Source: Salinivirgaceae bacterium (GTDB lineage: Bacteria > Bacteroidota > Bacteroidia > Bacteroidales > SZUA-534). From it: a DNA stretch of 62,326 nt. Both the position numbers and the translations under genes were made by a program. Of this stretch, positions 20,984 through 31,744 are shown in pieces. The stretch's first letter is position 1; every line of letters begins with the position of its first letter. The stretch lies in assembly GCA_027858735.1 (NCBI GenBank), contig JAQICC010000266.1, forward strand, positions 1 through 62,326. The letters run 5' to 3'. Below the pieces are notes generated by a model, which had not been told where the DNA came from, did not search any database, and worked only from the letters and a program-made list of their open reading frames with translations.

Positions 20984-22531
20984 TTATTTATTCAATGTAA
21001 CTTTACCGCTAAAGGTTTTATCATTACTCTTAAGCATGTAAATATAAAGTCCATTATTTAACTTACTTCCATCCCATTGCAATTGATAACTACCCGCTGC
21101 TTGGAAATCAGATTTTAAAGTGCTAACCGCTTTACCAGTAACATCAAATACTTTAAGCTCAACATTTGAAGCTTTAGTTAAGGTATAATCAAAAGTTGCT
21201 ACAGCTTTTACCGGGTTAGGATAAACACTAATTTTTAATGCAGTACTAACACCACTATTATTTATAGAAACCGGTCCTGTTCCTGTCCAATTTAAATCAC
21301 CTAATTGTCCACCTGTAGTTGAACCTGTAATAAGATCATTATTATCGGTAGTAAAATCAAGATTAATATTAAATATGGTTACATCATCAGGCATTGGCCA
21401 GTTTTCTGGTGTTGGATCAGCAGTAGGATCAGTAAATAAACCATCTAAATAATCGTAATTAATAGTTGGAATAGGATTATCAAAAGTAAAAGGAATATCC
21501 CATCCTGCATTGGCTGCATCATCACCCATTTCTGTAGCTACAATAGGAGCTAAAACTTCTGCTCTACTTACGGTATCATATCTACCATAAAAAGCTAAAA
21601 CATCATCATCATAATAAAAGTTGTTATTGCTAATTACAAACTCAGTGTCAGCATCAATGGTATCAGCTGTAACAAGGTAATGGTTTTCATTATCAGGTGA
21701 TGGACCTGTTTGCTCACTTACATTTGTCCAGTTACCCATGTACTTAGGATTTAAGAATAGGTTGTTGGTAATTGTTGCAGAACCAACGTAACCTAAATGG
21801 AATAAACCGTGGTATCCTTGTATTTGCAAACCTGTATTTTGATCAAAAATAAAAGTATTGATTTTACCACCCGACATGTTACGAACAATACGGTCAGCAA
21901 GGTGATACAAGGTTGTATTACGTACTTCAATTTTTTCTACATCAAATTCACGACAGTCAATTAAGCGGCCATTACCATTGTTACGGTTATAGTCACCCGA
22001 TTTACCGACGATACAATCTTCGATTAAAATGTCTTGACCATTTTCACGAACCTGAAGAGCACAAGCTTTATCCATTTCAATTAAACATTTTCTCAAAACG
22101 ATAGTAGTATTTGCTCCTTCTGATCTAAATCCACCCCATTTAGGTTGGCTTCCTTCTCCATTGGCATTCGATAAATAAACGTCTTCTAATAGAATATCAC
22201 CGCGTGTACGGATAGTTTGGGGGTAATCACCTTCATCATTAGGCTTTGCAACCATAATTGCAGGTATACCATCACCTGGTGCTGATTTAATTTGCAATGC
22301 AACATTTAAGCGTATGTAGTTACTGATTTCATAAACCGTACCTCGCTCCAATACATAAACTGTATTATCATCATTTCTTTCTCCATTAGCGGTAGTATCG
22401 CCATGTATAAATTCATTCAAAAGACTTCCGGCAGGCACTGCTTTTTCTACTTGCGCCATTAGGTTAACAGTACTTGCCGATAACAGTGTTATCAGACATG
22501 CCATTTTTAAATTTCTGTAAAATTGTTTCAT
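20984..22531 (-). CDS. T9SS-secreted right-handed beta-helix protein (DUF4957/DUF5123-like), partner of receptor 2; paralog of 6076-7653
   Basis: shared GDT..Y.L.R..VY, NGNGR.I, YHLADRIVRN versus YNLTDRIIRN; ends GQLGDLNW then a YPNP T9SS CTD. Confidence 0.75.
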   Translation of the reverse strand: MKQFYRNLKMACLITLLSASTVNLMAQVEKAVPAGSLLNEFIHGDTTANGERNDDNTVYVLERGTVYEISNYIRLNVALQIKSAPGDGIPAIMVAKPNDEGDYPQTIRTRGDILLEDVYLSNANGEGSQPKWGGFRSEGANTTIVLRKCLIEMDKACALQVRENGQDILIEDCIVGKSGDYNRNNGNGRLIDCREFDVEKIEVRNTTLYHLADRIVRNMSGGKINTFIFDQNTGLQIQGYHGLFHLGYVGSATITNNLFLNPKYMGNWTNVSEQTGPSPDNENHYLVTADTIDADTEFVISNNNFYYDDDVLAFYGRYDTVSRAEVLAPIVATEMGDDAANAGWDIPFTFDNPIPTINYDYLDGLFTDPTADPTPENWPMPDDVTIFNINLDFTTDNNDLITGSTTGGQLGDLNWTGTGPVSINNSGVSTALKISVYPNPVKAVATFDYTLTKASNVELKVFDVTGKAVSTLKSDFQAAGSYQLQWDGSKLNNGLYIYMLKSNDKTFSGKVTLNK

Positions 22532-22566
22532 GTTTTTCTTTTTTAATTAATTAAACATTAGGTATA

Positions 22567-25494
22567 TTAAAAGTTAAATCGGAATCCGTAAGTGAATACT
22601 CTTCCTGTATATATTTGTTCTGGATATGCTTTTGCAGCTGGATTAGTGAATCGGTAATTACTCACCAAAGTTTCTTCTACCATATTCGTCAAATTAGCAG
22701 CATTAAAGTAAAACTCAATATTATCAGTTATTTTTTGCTTATAAGCTAAATCCCATCTGAAGAATGCTAATCTATACTCATCTCTAAGTCCTTCAGTTTC
22801 TAATTGAGGTGCATCCAAATAATCTCCCTGATGTGTACCTGACAAGCGCATGGAGAACCCCTTGTATTCATAGCCAATTGACACATTAAATATTAAATCA
22901 ACCTGACCAGGAATGCTAATATTTCTTTCAACATAAACATCCTTTGCATTGGGGTATTCATAGCCGCCGATTGAAGGATTAAAAACACGATCCCCTAGAA
23001 CTGGTTCATAACCAGACATTGTAGTTTCAGAAAATAAGCGTGTGAAATTAGTACCAAGTACAACACCATTGAGTGGTTTTGGTAAAAATTTTAAACTGGT
23101 TTGTAAATCAACTTCAAGGCCATAAACAACTGCTTCCGGGCTATTCGCGTAAGAATCAAGCCTGATACCTTTATAATCAGGATAGCCATAAGCACTTGCC
23201 AAAGAATCAGTACGAAGTTTAAGACCATCTCTAGGATAGAAAATATTTTCAATATCCTTGTAAAATCCTCCAATGGTTAGTAAACCGTATTTAAAACTAT
23301 GAAATGACATACTCAAATCATAATTCATAGCTGTCATATGTTTTAATTCAGTATTACCCTGCCTCACGTTTTCATTCCCATCGGCTCTGTTAACAAAGGT
23401 ACTTTTGGCCACATAGTTGTAATCAGGGCGTGCCAATGTTTTTGCTACCGAAAATCGGAATTTATACCACTCTACCGGCTCCACTTTCAGGTGAAAGTGA
23501 GGAAGAATTTCCGTATAATTTTGCGAATTAGTTACTGGGGTAGTTTTCTGATTAATTGCATAATCAGAAAATTTCTCTGTAATAAAAGAATTATAAAGAT
23601 TATCAGAATTTTCAATTCTAACACCTGGTATAATGGTAATTAAATTTTGATATTTAATTTTTGCCATAAAATAACCTGCAGCCAAATTTTCGGTCGCATC
23701 TAAATTATCCGCTTGTTCTTCAAAATTTTCGATATAACCGTTTTCAGGTTTATTATAGGTATCAATAAAATCTGCCACCTTATCTACATTATAAGGGTTG
23801 TAAAAATCAAATCCGTTTACTGATTCGCCGGTATAGTTATCATTAAAAAAAGTCTGGTTATAGATATCATAACTTTCTCCTGTACCTGTTACCGCACCAG
23901 GAAAGTCATTTCCATGTTCAACACCCTGATAATACCAAAAATTATAGTCGCCGGTATTGTCTCTTACTCTATTTAACACATTGAATTTACCTCCCAACTT
24001 TAAAGACATCGACCACTCTTCTCCAACATTCAGAGGGAGCTCGAAATTTAATGCAGCGGTAACATTACTTTCTGAAATATTTCTGCTATTAACTTCAAAT
24101 TGTCTAGTTTCCACATTGTCCTGAGCAAAATTTCCCTCATTAAACCATGTTCTAATATCATGTTCGTTAAAATTTTCAGCATTTGTATTACTGAGAATAC
24201 GCCATTCCCCCTCATACATTTTAGGAGAACTGTTATTAGTTTTGGCGTATGATAGATTTCCATCCGCTTTTACAATCCCTAAATTGTAGTCACAATTTAA
24301 CATAAGAGAGGTTACATCGTTTTTCAAATGACGCCTCGAAACAAAGTGTTTTAGTTCTGAAGCATCTTTAACATGATTACGTCGTTGATCAATGTCTCTT
24401 GTGGTTTGGTTGTAAAAACCATACAAAGATATGCTACCATTATTTAATTGGTAATCGATATTTGTACTTACACCATTTCTTTTTCTTATTTCTTCAGTTT
24501 TTCTTATATCTCCATTTACTGCAGTAGTATAATTAGCGGTATCAGGAATATAATATTCCGTTTGGTTGTAAGTGGTAGCTATGTCATCTGAGCTCCTGTT
24601 TACACGCTCTGTATTGGCCTGAACAACCAAACCTAGCTTACTATCCATAAACCGGCGACTATACAAACCTGAGAAGTAATAATCTTTAAAATTGTTGCGA
24701 AGTTGACTGTAACCACTCCCCGTTTTTAGTTTAATTTTGGGATCATTCGAAGCTTTGTTGATACGTAGGTTCACTGTACCTCCAACCGCATCTCCATCCA
24801 TATCGGGTGTTGGCGATTTAAATACTTCAATACCCTGTAACATTTCAGGCGAAATCATAGATAAATCAACCGAACGATCATCGGGATCATTCGAAGGTAG
24901 TTTTACACCATTAACGGTAATGTTGCTAAACTTTGGCTCAAGACCACGCATTACAACTTTTGACCCTTCTCCCTGATTTCTTTGCAAAGAAATTCCCGAT
25001 ATACGACCAATAGCTTCCGCTGCATTAGCGTCAGGCAATTGTTTCATTTTCTCTTCAGAAACAATGCTTACATTACCATCGGCATTTAACTGCTCATTAA
25101 TAGCTTTGGTTTGCCCTAGCAATAGTCCTGAAATAACAATTTCACCAAGTGATACCATATCCAAAATAAGCATTTGATTCTTCTCTATAACGGCACCGGC
25201 AGTAACTTCTATATCCGTAAGCTCATCATTGTAACCTACATAGGAGAATTGCATTTTTACGGTACCTGCAGGCACTCCTGTTAAGGTATATTTACCATAA
25301 GGATCGGTAATGGTTCCAATGCTTGTTCCTTGAATGATAACTGTTGCACCGGGCAGTGAAGTACCACTTTCAGCTTCGGTAATTACACCAGAAATAGTTC
25401 CTTTACCTTGCGCCATACTTACAGTACTTATAAATATACTTAAAAAAAGCATGCTCAATATTAGCTGTAATCGTTTGCGTATATTAATCTTCAT
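22567..25494 (-). CDS. TonB-dependent receptor 2 (non-SusC type), intact
   Basis: likely start ATG 25494 (MKINIRKRLQ + signal peptide); carboxypeptidase-regulatory-like N-domain; plug LPDANAAEAIGRISG..RSVDLSMISPEMLQGIEVFKSPTPDMDGDAVGG; ends FRFNF. Confidence 0.9.
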   Translation of the reverse strand: MKINIRKRLQLILSMLFLSIFISTVSMAQGKGTISGVITEAESGTSLPGATVIIQGTSIGTITDPYGKYTLTGVPAGTVKMQFSYVGYNDELTDIEVTAGAVIEKNQMLILDMVSLGEIVISGLLLGQTKAINEQLNADGNVSIVSEEKMKQLPDANAAEAIGRISGISLQRNQGEGSKVVMRGLEPKFSNITVNGVKLPSNDPDDRSVDLSMISPEMLQGIEVFKSPTPDMDGDAVGGTVNLRINKASNDPKIKLKTGSGYSQLRNNFKDYYFSGLYSRRFMDSKLGLVVQANTERVNRSSDDIATTYNQTEYYIPDTANYTTAVNGDIRKTEEIRKRNGVSTNIDYQLNNGSISLYGFYNQTTRDIDQRRNHVKDASELKHFVSRRHLKNDVTSLMLNCDYNLGIVKADGNLSYAKTNNSSPKMYEGEWRILSNTNAENFNEHDIRTWFNEGNFAQDNVETRQFEVNSRNISESNVTAALNFELPLNVGEEWSMSLKLGGKFNVLNRVRDNTGDYNFWYYQGVEHGNDFPGAVTGTGESYDIYNQTFFNDNYTGESVNGFDFYNPYNVDKVADFIDTYNKPENGYIENFEEQADNLDATENLAAGYFMAKIKYQNLITIIPGVRIENSDNLYNSFITEKFSDYAINQKTTPVTNSQNYTEILPHFHLKVEPVEWYKFRFSVAKTLARPDYNYVAKSTFVNRADGNENVRQGNTELKHMTAMNYDLSMSFHSFKYGLLTIGGFYKDIENIFYPRDGLKLRTDSLASAYGYPDYKGIRLDSYANSPEAVVYGLEVDLQTSLKFLPKPLNGVVLGTNFTRLFSETTMSGYEPVLGDRVFNPSIGGYEYPNAKDVYVERNISIPGQVDLIFNVSIGYEYKGFSMRLSGTHQGDYLDAPQLETEGLRDEYRLAFFRWDLAYKQKITDNIEFYFNAANLTNMVEETLVSNYRFTNPAAKAYPEQIYTGRVFTYGFRFNF

Positions 25495-25672
25495 TGAGTT
25501 TGATATTAAATGTTTAGAAAAATTATGAACAGTATTAACAATAGTACCATTAGGTATAAAAATAACTCTACTATTATCGTGAGTTGTTTGCTGCGTTTTA
25601 GCCATCTAAAATTCATTTTGTAAATGTTTACGATAAAAGTACTCGTAATGTATCGTTCAATGATTTTGATGG

Positions 25673-25743
25673 TGTTTCAATAAATTTAAATTTTAGTTCA
25701 AATAATTTAACATATGTTGTATTTGATATTACACAAGTTGCAT
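25673..25743 (-). promoter_or_regulatory. four 21-bp-spaced half-sites upstream of receptor 2
   Basis: TGTTTCAA 25673, TAGTTCAA 25694, TGTTGTAT 25715, AGTTGCAT 25736; -7-like TACTTTTA on - strand at 25641-25634. Confidence 0.5.
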
Positions 25744-26038
25744 CCTAGAATGCTATTTATCTAACTTACTGCATATTACATAACAATCCAGCGATTACAA
25801 AAAATGAAACAAATTTCTTTCTTAAATCTGTCTTTTTATGATTATACAGACCTTAAACATGAATAAAAGAGGTTGAATTATTGTTTTTAGAGCAAAAACA
25901 TTTTCTATTTAATAACCCGAGTTAATAAGTTTTCAAAGCAGAGGGCGAAGGAAGGACCAAATTATAATTCATTTGGTTCTACTACCAATTTAGTGAGTGT
26001 TTTTATAAGATGAACATATTTAAATTTTAAGATCAACA

Positions 26039-26115
26039 GCCCGACTGAACGATTAGTCGGGCAGGTTCCCAGTCTTCAGTACTCAGTCAATTTACAGACT
26101 GAGAACTGCAGACTG
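26039..26115. repeat. REP-like hairpin pair
   Basis: GCCCGACT-N8-AGTCGGGC, followed by an imperfect long stem CAGTCT..CTCAGTC/GACTGAG..AGACTG. Confidence 0.45.
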
Positions 26116-26234
26116 TCGACGATATTTCATTGATAGAATTGTACTATTTATAAGTTTTTCCACTAAATTCGTAGTAATACCATTCATTTTAATTAGTAAA
26201 AAAAACAACCTTTCGCCGGTGGTATAATTAGCAA

Positions 26235-29200
26235 CTATTTTTTTAAAATAAACTCAAGAGGGGTTTTCCCGTAGTACTTTTTAAATGAAGTAATAAAATA
26301 TGAAGCGCTTTTGAAACCTACCAGATCAGAAATTTCATTTACATTATAATTACGTTCAACCAAAAGCTTTTTGGCATGTTTGAGTCTCTCATTTCTTATA
26401 AACTCGCTTGGTTTAAGCTCATAAATTGACTTAAACTTTCTAAAAAGTTGGCTACGACTTAGTCCCAATTCAAAACCCAAAGTTTCAACTGAAAAGTCAG
26501 GATTGCTCATGTTTTTCTCAATTAAGCTTTTGGTTTTATCTACAAACTTTTTCTCATGTATATTCAATACTAAATCATCTAATTCCACATCGGTTTCGTT
26601 TGCATAACGCTTTCGTAATACTTTTCTTTGCAGCAATAAATTTTCAACTCTTGCATTTAAATACTTAATATCAAAAGGTTTTTCTATATAGGCATCGGCA
26701 CCAATTTCAATCCCTTCAGTTTTTTGCGAAATTTCAGCTTTAGCAGTTAGTAATATAATGGGTATATGCGAAGTTGCAAAATGGGTTTTGAGTTTGGCAC
26801 ATAAATCAAGTCCATTTAGTTCCGGCATCATAATATCGCTAATAATTAGATCGGGCATTTTGGTATTTGCTATTTGATAGCCTGCTTTACCATTTTCGGC
26901 ACTTAACACATTAAAACTACAAAAGTGACTTTCTAAAAACTCACGCAAATCTTTATTATCTTCAACAATTAATAAGGTTTCGGAACGATGCCCTTTATCG
27001 TGATTAAAAACCTCTATTGCTAACGTTTTTTCTGGTTTTATTTCGTCATCGCACACAAAAACCTTTTTAAAAATTTCATTTTCGCTAAATGCATTCTTAT
27101 GCACGGGAATGGTAAATGTAAAAGTTGTACCCTTCCCTATTTCACTATCTACATTTATTTCTCCATAATGCATTTCAACAATGCGTTTCGCAAATGCCAA
27201 GCCAATACCAGTTCCTTGAATATTTACCTCACCATCAACCTGATAAAAACGCTCAAAAACATCATTTAGTTTGTCTTTGGGAATGCCTTTTCCCGAATCA
27301 GAAACGCTTAATTCGGCATGATTATCAATAACTCTAAGGTTCACCTTTATACTACCATTAGTAGGTGTATACTTAAAAGCGTTTGACAGTAAATTAACAA
27401 TAATTTTATCAATCACGCTTTTATCAAACCAAAACAAACTATTCCCATCTGTATTGTAGGTGAAACTCAAATTAATTTGATTCTGTTGTGCTTTTTCATC
27501 AAAACAATCAATCACCTGCTGAACAAATTCTACCAAATCGGCTTCAGCTACTCTAAGGCTTAATTGTCCGTGCTCTGCTTTACGAAAATCCATTAATTCG
27601 TTAACAAGCTTAAGTAAGCGTCGTACGTTATTTTGTACAATATCAAATAAATATTTTTGCTCGGGATTATCATTCTTATAACCGGCTAATTTATTTAATG
27701 GCCCAGCAATTAAGGTTAAAGGTGTTCGAAATTCGTGTGAAATATTGGTAAAAAAGCGCAATTTCAACCGATTAACTTCCTGAATTCGCTGTTTATCAAA
27801 ACGTTCCATCCTTAACAAATTCTGTTGCTCAATTCTAAACACCAAAACTTTACGAATAAGGTATACCAAAACGATTAAAATCAACACATATATAAAGTAA
27901 GCCCATATTGTTCGCCATAACGGATTAAGAATAATTATTTGAATTGATGCCCCTTCATAATTCCAATAATTATCGTTATTTGAACCTATAACTTGAAACG
28001 AGTATTTACCAGGAGGAATATTGGTATAAACTGCACTGGTTTTAATCCCAGCCTTTATCCACTCATTGTCAAAACCTTTCAACTTATAGGCGTATTGATT
28101 TTTTTCAGGCGACGTATAATTTAAAGCCACATATTCAAAGGTTATAGCCGATTGATTATATTTAAGCACGATTTTATCGGTAAATCCAATGTGCATGTTT
28201 AACGGAGAATTATTGATTCCTATAGGAAGTTCTTTATTAAATAGTTTAAAACCAGTTAAGGCAATATTCGGTATACGCTTATTATCTGTTATCTCATCCG
28301 GATGAAACATATTAAAACCATTTCTTCCTCCAAATAAAAGCATATTATCGTAAGTTTTTAAAGTCACATAGGCTTCAAATTCATTCCCTTGTAGCCCATC
28401 TCTAACATCGTAGTTTTTGAATGTAGCCTTCTGTTTATTATATTTAGAAATACCATTACCTGTACTTAACCATATATTATTGCTATTATCAACCAATACA
28501 CCACAAATTCTATTGGATGAAAGCCCATCAGATTCCGTAAAATGAATAAATTCCTCTTTTTTAAAATCAAATTTATCGAGGCCGTTCTTGGTTCCTATCC
28601 ATAAATCGCCATCTAAGTCCTTTGTAACTGCAATTATATCATTACTGCTTATTGACTTTAAATTATCTGCATCGTGCAAATAATTAATATATTTACCTGA
28701 TATCTTATTATACAAATACAAACCATGTTCCTTTGATCCTACCCAAATTCTATCTTCATCTTCATCGCAGAAACAGCGAGGCCTTTGAATATTTGCAATG
28801 GTTGTAAATTCATTTTTATCAACATTAAAAAGCTGTAAATTAGAATAATTTGCTACCCATATTAAATTTTGTTGGTCTTTGTATAAAGTATAAATTCGAT
28901 TATCGAAAAGTGATTTTGGATTGGCTGGATTATGCGTATAATAAGTAAAATATTCCGTTTGTTTGTTAAACAGAGCTAAGCCTTTTCTGAAGGTACCAAT
29001 GAGTAATTCATTTTTATTCAATTCTGTAATAGCAAAAATATAATCGTCGGTAAGACCCGTTTTCCTATTGCTTTGTTTATAGTTTTTAAACGCCCCTGTT
29101 TTGCGATCAAAACGGCTTAAACCCCCTCCTTCTTTAGTACCCACCCATACATAATGTTCGCTATCTTCAAACAGTACTCGAATATTGTTATTAAATAGTC

Positions 29201-30284
29201 CATTTTTTTTAAAATTAACCCTATAATGATAAAATTTCTTCTCAGCCCTGTCAACATAGTTTATTCCACTATTATAGGTGCCTAACCAAACAATTCCGTC
29301 AGAGCTTTTATAACCCGAAATTATAGCTGCGCTGTTAATACTATTTGGATTATAAATATCATGACCAAAAAAGCTTAGCTTATCGCTATCCTGATCAAAA
29401 TAATACAGCCCACCGTCGCGTATAATAAAATAAAATTTACCGGGTTCATCTTCAATTACGCCATGAACTCTATTAACAACAAAATCGCCATTCTTTTTAT
29501 TAAAAAATCTACTTACACCATTTTTCGGATGTCCTTTTATAAAATATAAACCTGAATTATCTGATCCTACCCAATAGTTATTATAGCTATCTTGTAAAAT
29601 TGTTTGCACCACTTTAATATTATACTCATCAAGAAAACTTACAAAAGTGCTATCGGCTTTATTGAACATCAGCAAGCCATTATTGTACCCAACCCACATT
29701 ACATTTGAGTTGTCTTTATACAAACAATGAATTCTGTTACTTTTAGGATCTTGCGATTTATTGTTATGTATGTATTTAAGTCTTTTTAAATTTCTGGTTT
29801 CAGGATCATAAATAAACAAACCTGTAAAAGTGCTAATCCACAATTTATGTTGATCGTCAAAACATAAACTGGTGATGTTAATATTTCCTGTCTCTTCATC
29901 ATTTAAAACCTCACTAACTACCAATTCAAAACTTTGATGTATCCTGTCAAAATAAACAACCCCTTTTCGAGTAGCTAACCATAAATTATTTTTTATATCC
30001 TCTAAAATAACATCAATTGAATTGTCAGATAGACTTCCATCATTATTTTGATGATTACCATAACTATGAAATTTGTACCCATCGTATTTATTTAGACCAT
30101 CTTCGGTACCAAACCACATAAAGCCCTGACTATCTTCAATAATACAATTTACTTTATTGGATGACAGACCATTATCGCGTGTTAGATGCTTAAATTTCTG
30201 AGTACTCTTTTGGGCATAACCTGAGCCGATTTGCATGAACCAAAACAATAGAAACAAAACAGGTGTAATAACTTTCTGAAGCAT
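26235..30284 (-). CDS. hybrid two-component system sensor-regulator 1 (beta-propeller, Y_Y_Y, HisKA, HATPase, REC, AraC HTH)
   Basis: GLSSN, FGTEDGLNKYDG, FTNISHEFRTPLTLI, GTGIGLA, ISDIMMP, GLSRSQLFRKFK, YFITSFKKYYG. Confidence 0.97.
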   Translation of the reverse strand: MLQKVITPVLFLLFWFMQIGSGYAQKSTQKFKHLTRDNGLSSNKVNCIIEDSQGFMWFGTEDGLNKYDGYKFHSYGNHQNNDGSLSDNSIDVILEDIKNNLWLATRKGVVYFDRIHQSFELVVSEVLNDEETGNINITSLCFDDQHKLWISTFTGLFIYDPETRNLKRLKYIHNNKSQDPKSNRIHCLYKDNSNVMWVGYNNGLLMFNKADSTFVSFLDEYNIKVVQTILQDSYNNYWVGSDNSGLYFIKGHPKNGVSRFFNKKNGDFVVNRVHGVIEDEPGKFYFIIRDGGLYYFDQDSDKLSFFGHDIYNPNSINSAAIISGYKSSDGIVWLGTYNSGINYVDRAEKKFYHYRVNFKKNGLFNNNIRVLFEDSEHYVWVGTKEGGGLSRFDRKTGAFKNYKQSNRKTGLTDDYIFAITELNKNELLIGTFRKGLALFNKQTEYFTYYTHNPANPKSLFDNRIYTLYKDQQNLIWVANYSNLQLFNVDKNEFTTIANIQRPRCFCDEDEDRIWVGSKEHGLYLYNKISGKYINYLHDADNLKSISSNDIIAVTKDLDGDLWIGTKNGLDKFDFKKEEFIHFTESDGLSSNRICGVLVDNSNNIWLSTGNGISKYNKQKATFKNYDVRDGLQGNEFEAYVTLKTYDNMLLFGGRNGFNMFHPDEITDNKRIPNIALTGFKLFNKELPIGINNSPLNMHIGFTDKIVLKYNQSAITFEYVALNYTSPEKNQYAYKLKGFDNEWIKAGIKTSAVYTNIPPGKYSFQVIGSNNDNYWNYEGASIQIIILNPLWRTIWAYFIYVLILIVLVYLIRKVLVFRIEQQNLLRMERFDKQRIQEVNRLKLRFFTNISHEFRTPLTLIAGPLNKLAGYKNDNPEQKYLFDIVQNNVRRLLKLVNELMDFRKAEHGQLSLRVAEADLVEFVQQVIDCFDEKAQQNQINLSFTYNTDGNSLFWFDKSVIDKIIVNLLSNAFKYTPTNGSIKVNLRVIDNHAELSVSDSGKGIPKDKLNDVFERFYQVDGEVNIQGTGIGLAFAKRIVEMHYGEINVDSEIGKGTTFTFTIPVHKNAFSENEIFKKVFVCDDEIKPEKTLAIEVFNHDKGHRSETLLIVEDNKDLREFLESHFCSFNVLSAENGKAGYQIANTKMPDLIISDIMMPELNGLDLCAKLKTHFATSHIPIILLTAKAEISQKTEGIEIGADAYIEKPFDIKYLNARVENLLLQRKVLRKRYANETDVELDDLVLNIHEKKFVDKTKSLIEKNMSNPDFSVETLGFELGLSRSQLFRKFKSIYELKPSEFIRNERLKHAKKLLVERNYNVNEISDLVGFKSASYFITSFKKYYGKTPLEFILKK

Positions 30285-30337
30285 GGACTATTTTCAAATT
30301 AAAAGCATATAAACTTACAATAATATGAGTTTAAAAC

Positions 30338-31744
30338 CTACGAATTAACAATCTTGCTTGATGGCAATATTAAACTAAAAAACGACCCATTTCCTAACCT
30401 TGATTCAACCCTTAAATCAGCACCCAAGCGATTTGCCAGATTGATTGAAATGGCTAGACCTAAACCAGCACCCCGATAAAGCTCAGACCTATGATCTTCA
30501 ATTTTTGTAAAACGATCAAAAATATAATTGAGCTGGGACTTTGGAATACCGATGCCTGTATCGCGAACGCAGAATACAAGATTTGTTTCAATAATTTTAA
30601 CTCTGAGTTCAATTACTCCACGTTCGGTAAATTTATTCGCATTATTCAATAAGTTTACTAATATTTGATTAAGACGATGCATATCACTCATTATCAATAG
30701 ATTTTTACTTTCTTCATTATTAACAACCGTAAAGTTCACCAATGGGTTCGTTATTTTTATAGAGTAAATTGCTTTAATCGTATCCATTAATTGATTTAAA
30801 CTAAATTCTTTTTCATGAATAATAAGTTGGTCTGAATGAATAAGAGAAAGATCAAGAATATCATCAATTAAAGTTAATAATGAATTGGCACTGACATTAA
30901 TAAGTTCAATGTAGCTTTTAAAATCTTGCTTTGTAACTCTGGGACTGTTTAATAGGTGCGAAAATCCAACAATTGAGTTCATGGGCGTTCGTATTTCATG
31001 CGACATATTTGCTAAAAAAGCCGATTTTAACCCATCTGATTCTTCTGCTTTGCGCTTTGCAACTGTTAATTCAGAAGTACGTTCATCTACGAGTTTTTCT
31101 AAATTATTTTTATGACTTTCAAGAATTTTGTTTTGTTCCAATATTTTAGCTGATTGTTCTTCAATTTGATCTTTTTGTCGAATGAGTTCTTCCTGCACCG
31201 TTTGCAATTCCTCAATAGTTTGATGCAGCTCCTCCTCGGCCGCAAGCAATTCTTCATTTTTTTGCACTAAAGAAAGTTCCATTTCTTTCATAGCAGTAAT
31301 ATCGCGACCTACACCAAATAGACCAACAATATTTCCACCTTTATCTTTTAAGGGCAATTTAGTTGACACCATCCAATGTATACTATTATCAGGTCGCACC
31401 AGCTTTTCAATAATATCAATTAGAGGTTTTTCAGTTTTAATTACATTTTGCTCCTCTTGAAAAGCCTTATTTGCATGCTCTGGAAAATGGTAGTCAAAAT
31501 CCGATTTTCCGATCATATTTTCCGGATTGCCTGCTTTAAAAACATCGGCCATAAACTTGCTGGCTCTAATAAATTTCGAATCTTTATCTTTAAAATAAAT
31601 GGCTATTGGAATGTTATTTAGAAGAGTATCTAAATAGTTTTGATTGTTTTCGAGTTCTTTTATTCTATTTTTGAGTTGTTTGATTTCCTCTTGCGAATCG
31701 GCCATTTTTTCATATTTCCCATTCGTTTTTTCATTGTCACTCAT
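30338..31744 (-). CDS. cytoplasmic PAS-domain sensor histidine kinase
   Basis: PAS (IYFKDKDSKF..GKSDFD..STKLPL), coiled coil, FLANMSHEIRTPMN, NLLNNANKFT, GAGLGLAI, GSFF. Confidence 0.92.
   Translation of the reverse strand: MSDNEKTNGKYEKMADSQEEIKQLKNRIKELENNQNYLDTLLNNIPIAIYFKDKDSKFIRASKFMADVFKAGNPENMIGKSDFDYHFPEHANKAFQEEQNVIKTEKPLIDIIEKLVRPDNSIHWMVSTKLPLKDKGGNIVGLFGVGRDITAMKEMELSLVQKNEELLAAEEELHQTIEELQTVQEELIRQKDQIEEQSAKILEQNKILESHKNNLEKLVDERTSELTVAKRKAEESDGLKSAFLANMSHEIRTPMNSIVGFSHLLNSPRVTKQDFKSYIELINVSANSLLTLIDDILDLSLIHSDQLIIHEKEFSLNQLMDTIKAIYSIKITNPLVNFTVVNNEESKNLLIMSDMHRLNQILVNLLNNANKFTERGVIELRVKIIETNLVFCVRDTGIGIPKSQLNYIFDRFTKIEDHRSELYRGAGLGLAISINLANRLGADLRVESRLGNGSFFSLILPSSKIVNS

Noticed and set aside
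6076-22531. Calling the receptor partners SusD or SusE
   Set aside because: No lipobox, no SusD motifs; they carry T9SS CTDs and beta-helix repeats
25494-25605. 37-aa N-terminal extension of receptor 2 in the ORF track
   Set aside because: The signal peptide begins at MKINIRKR (25494); the extension overlaps the likely 5' UTR
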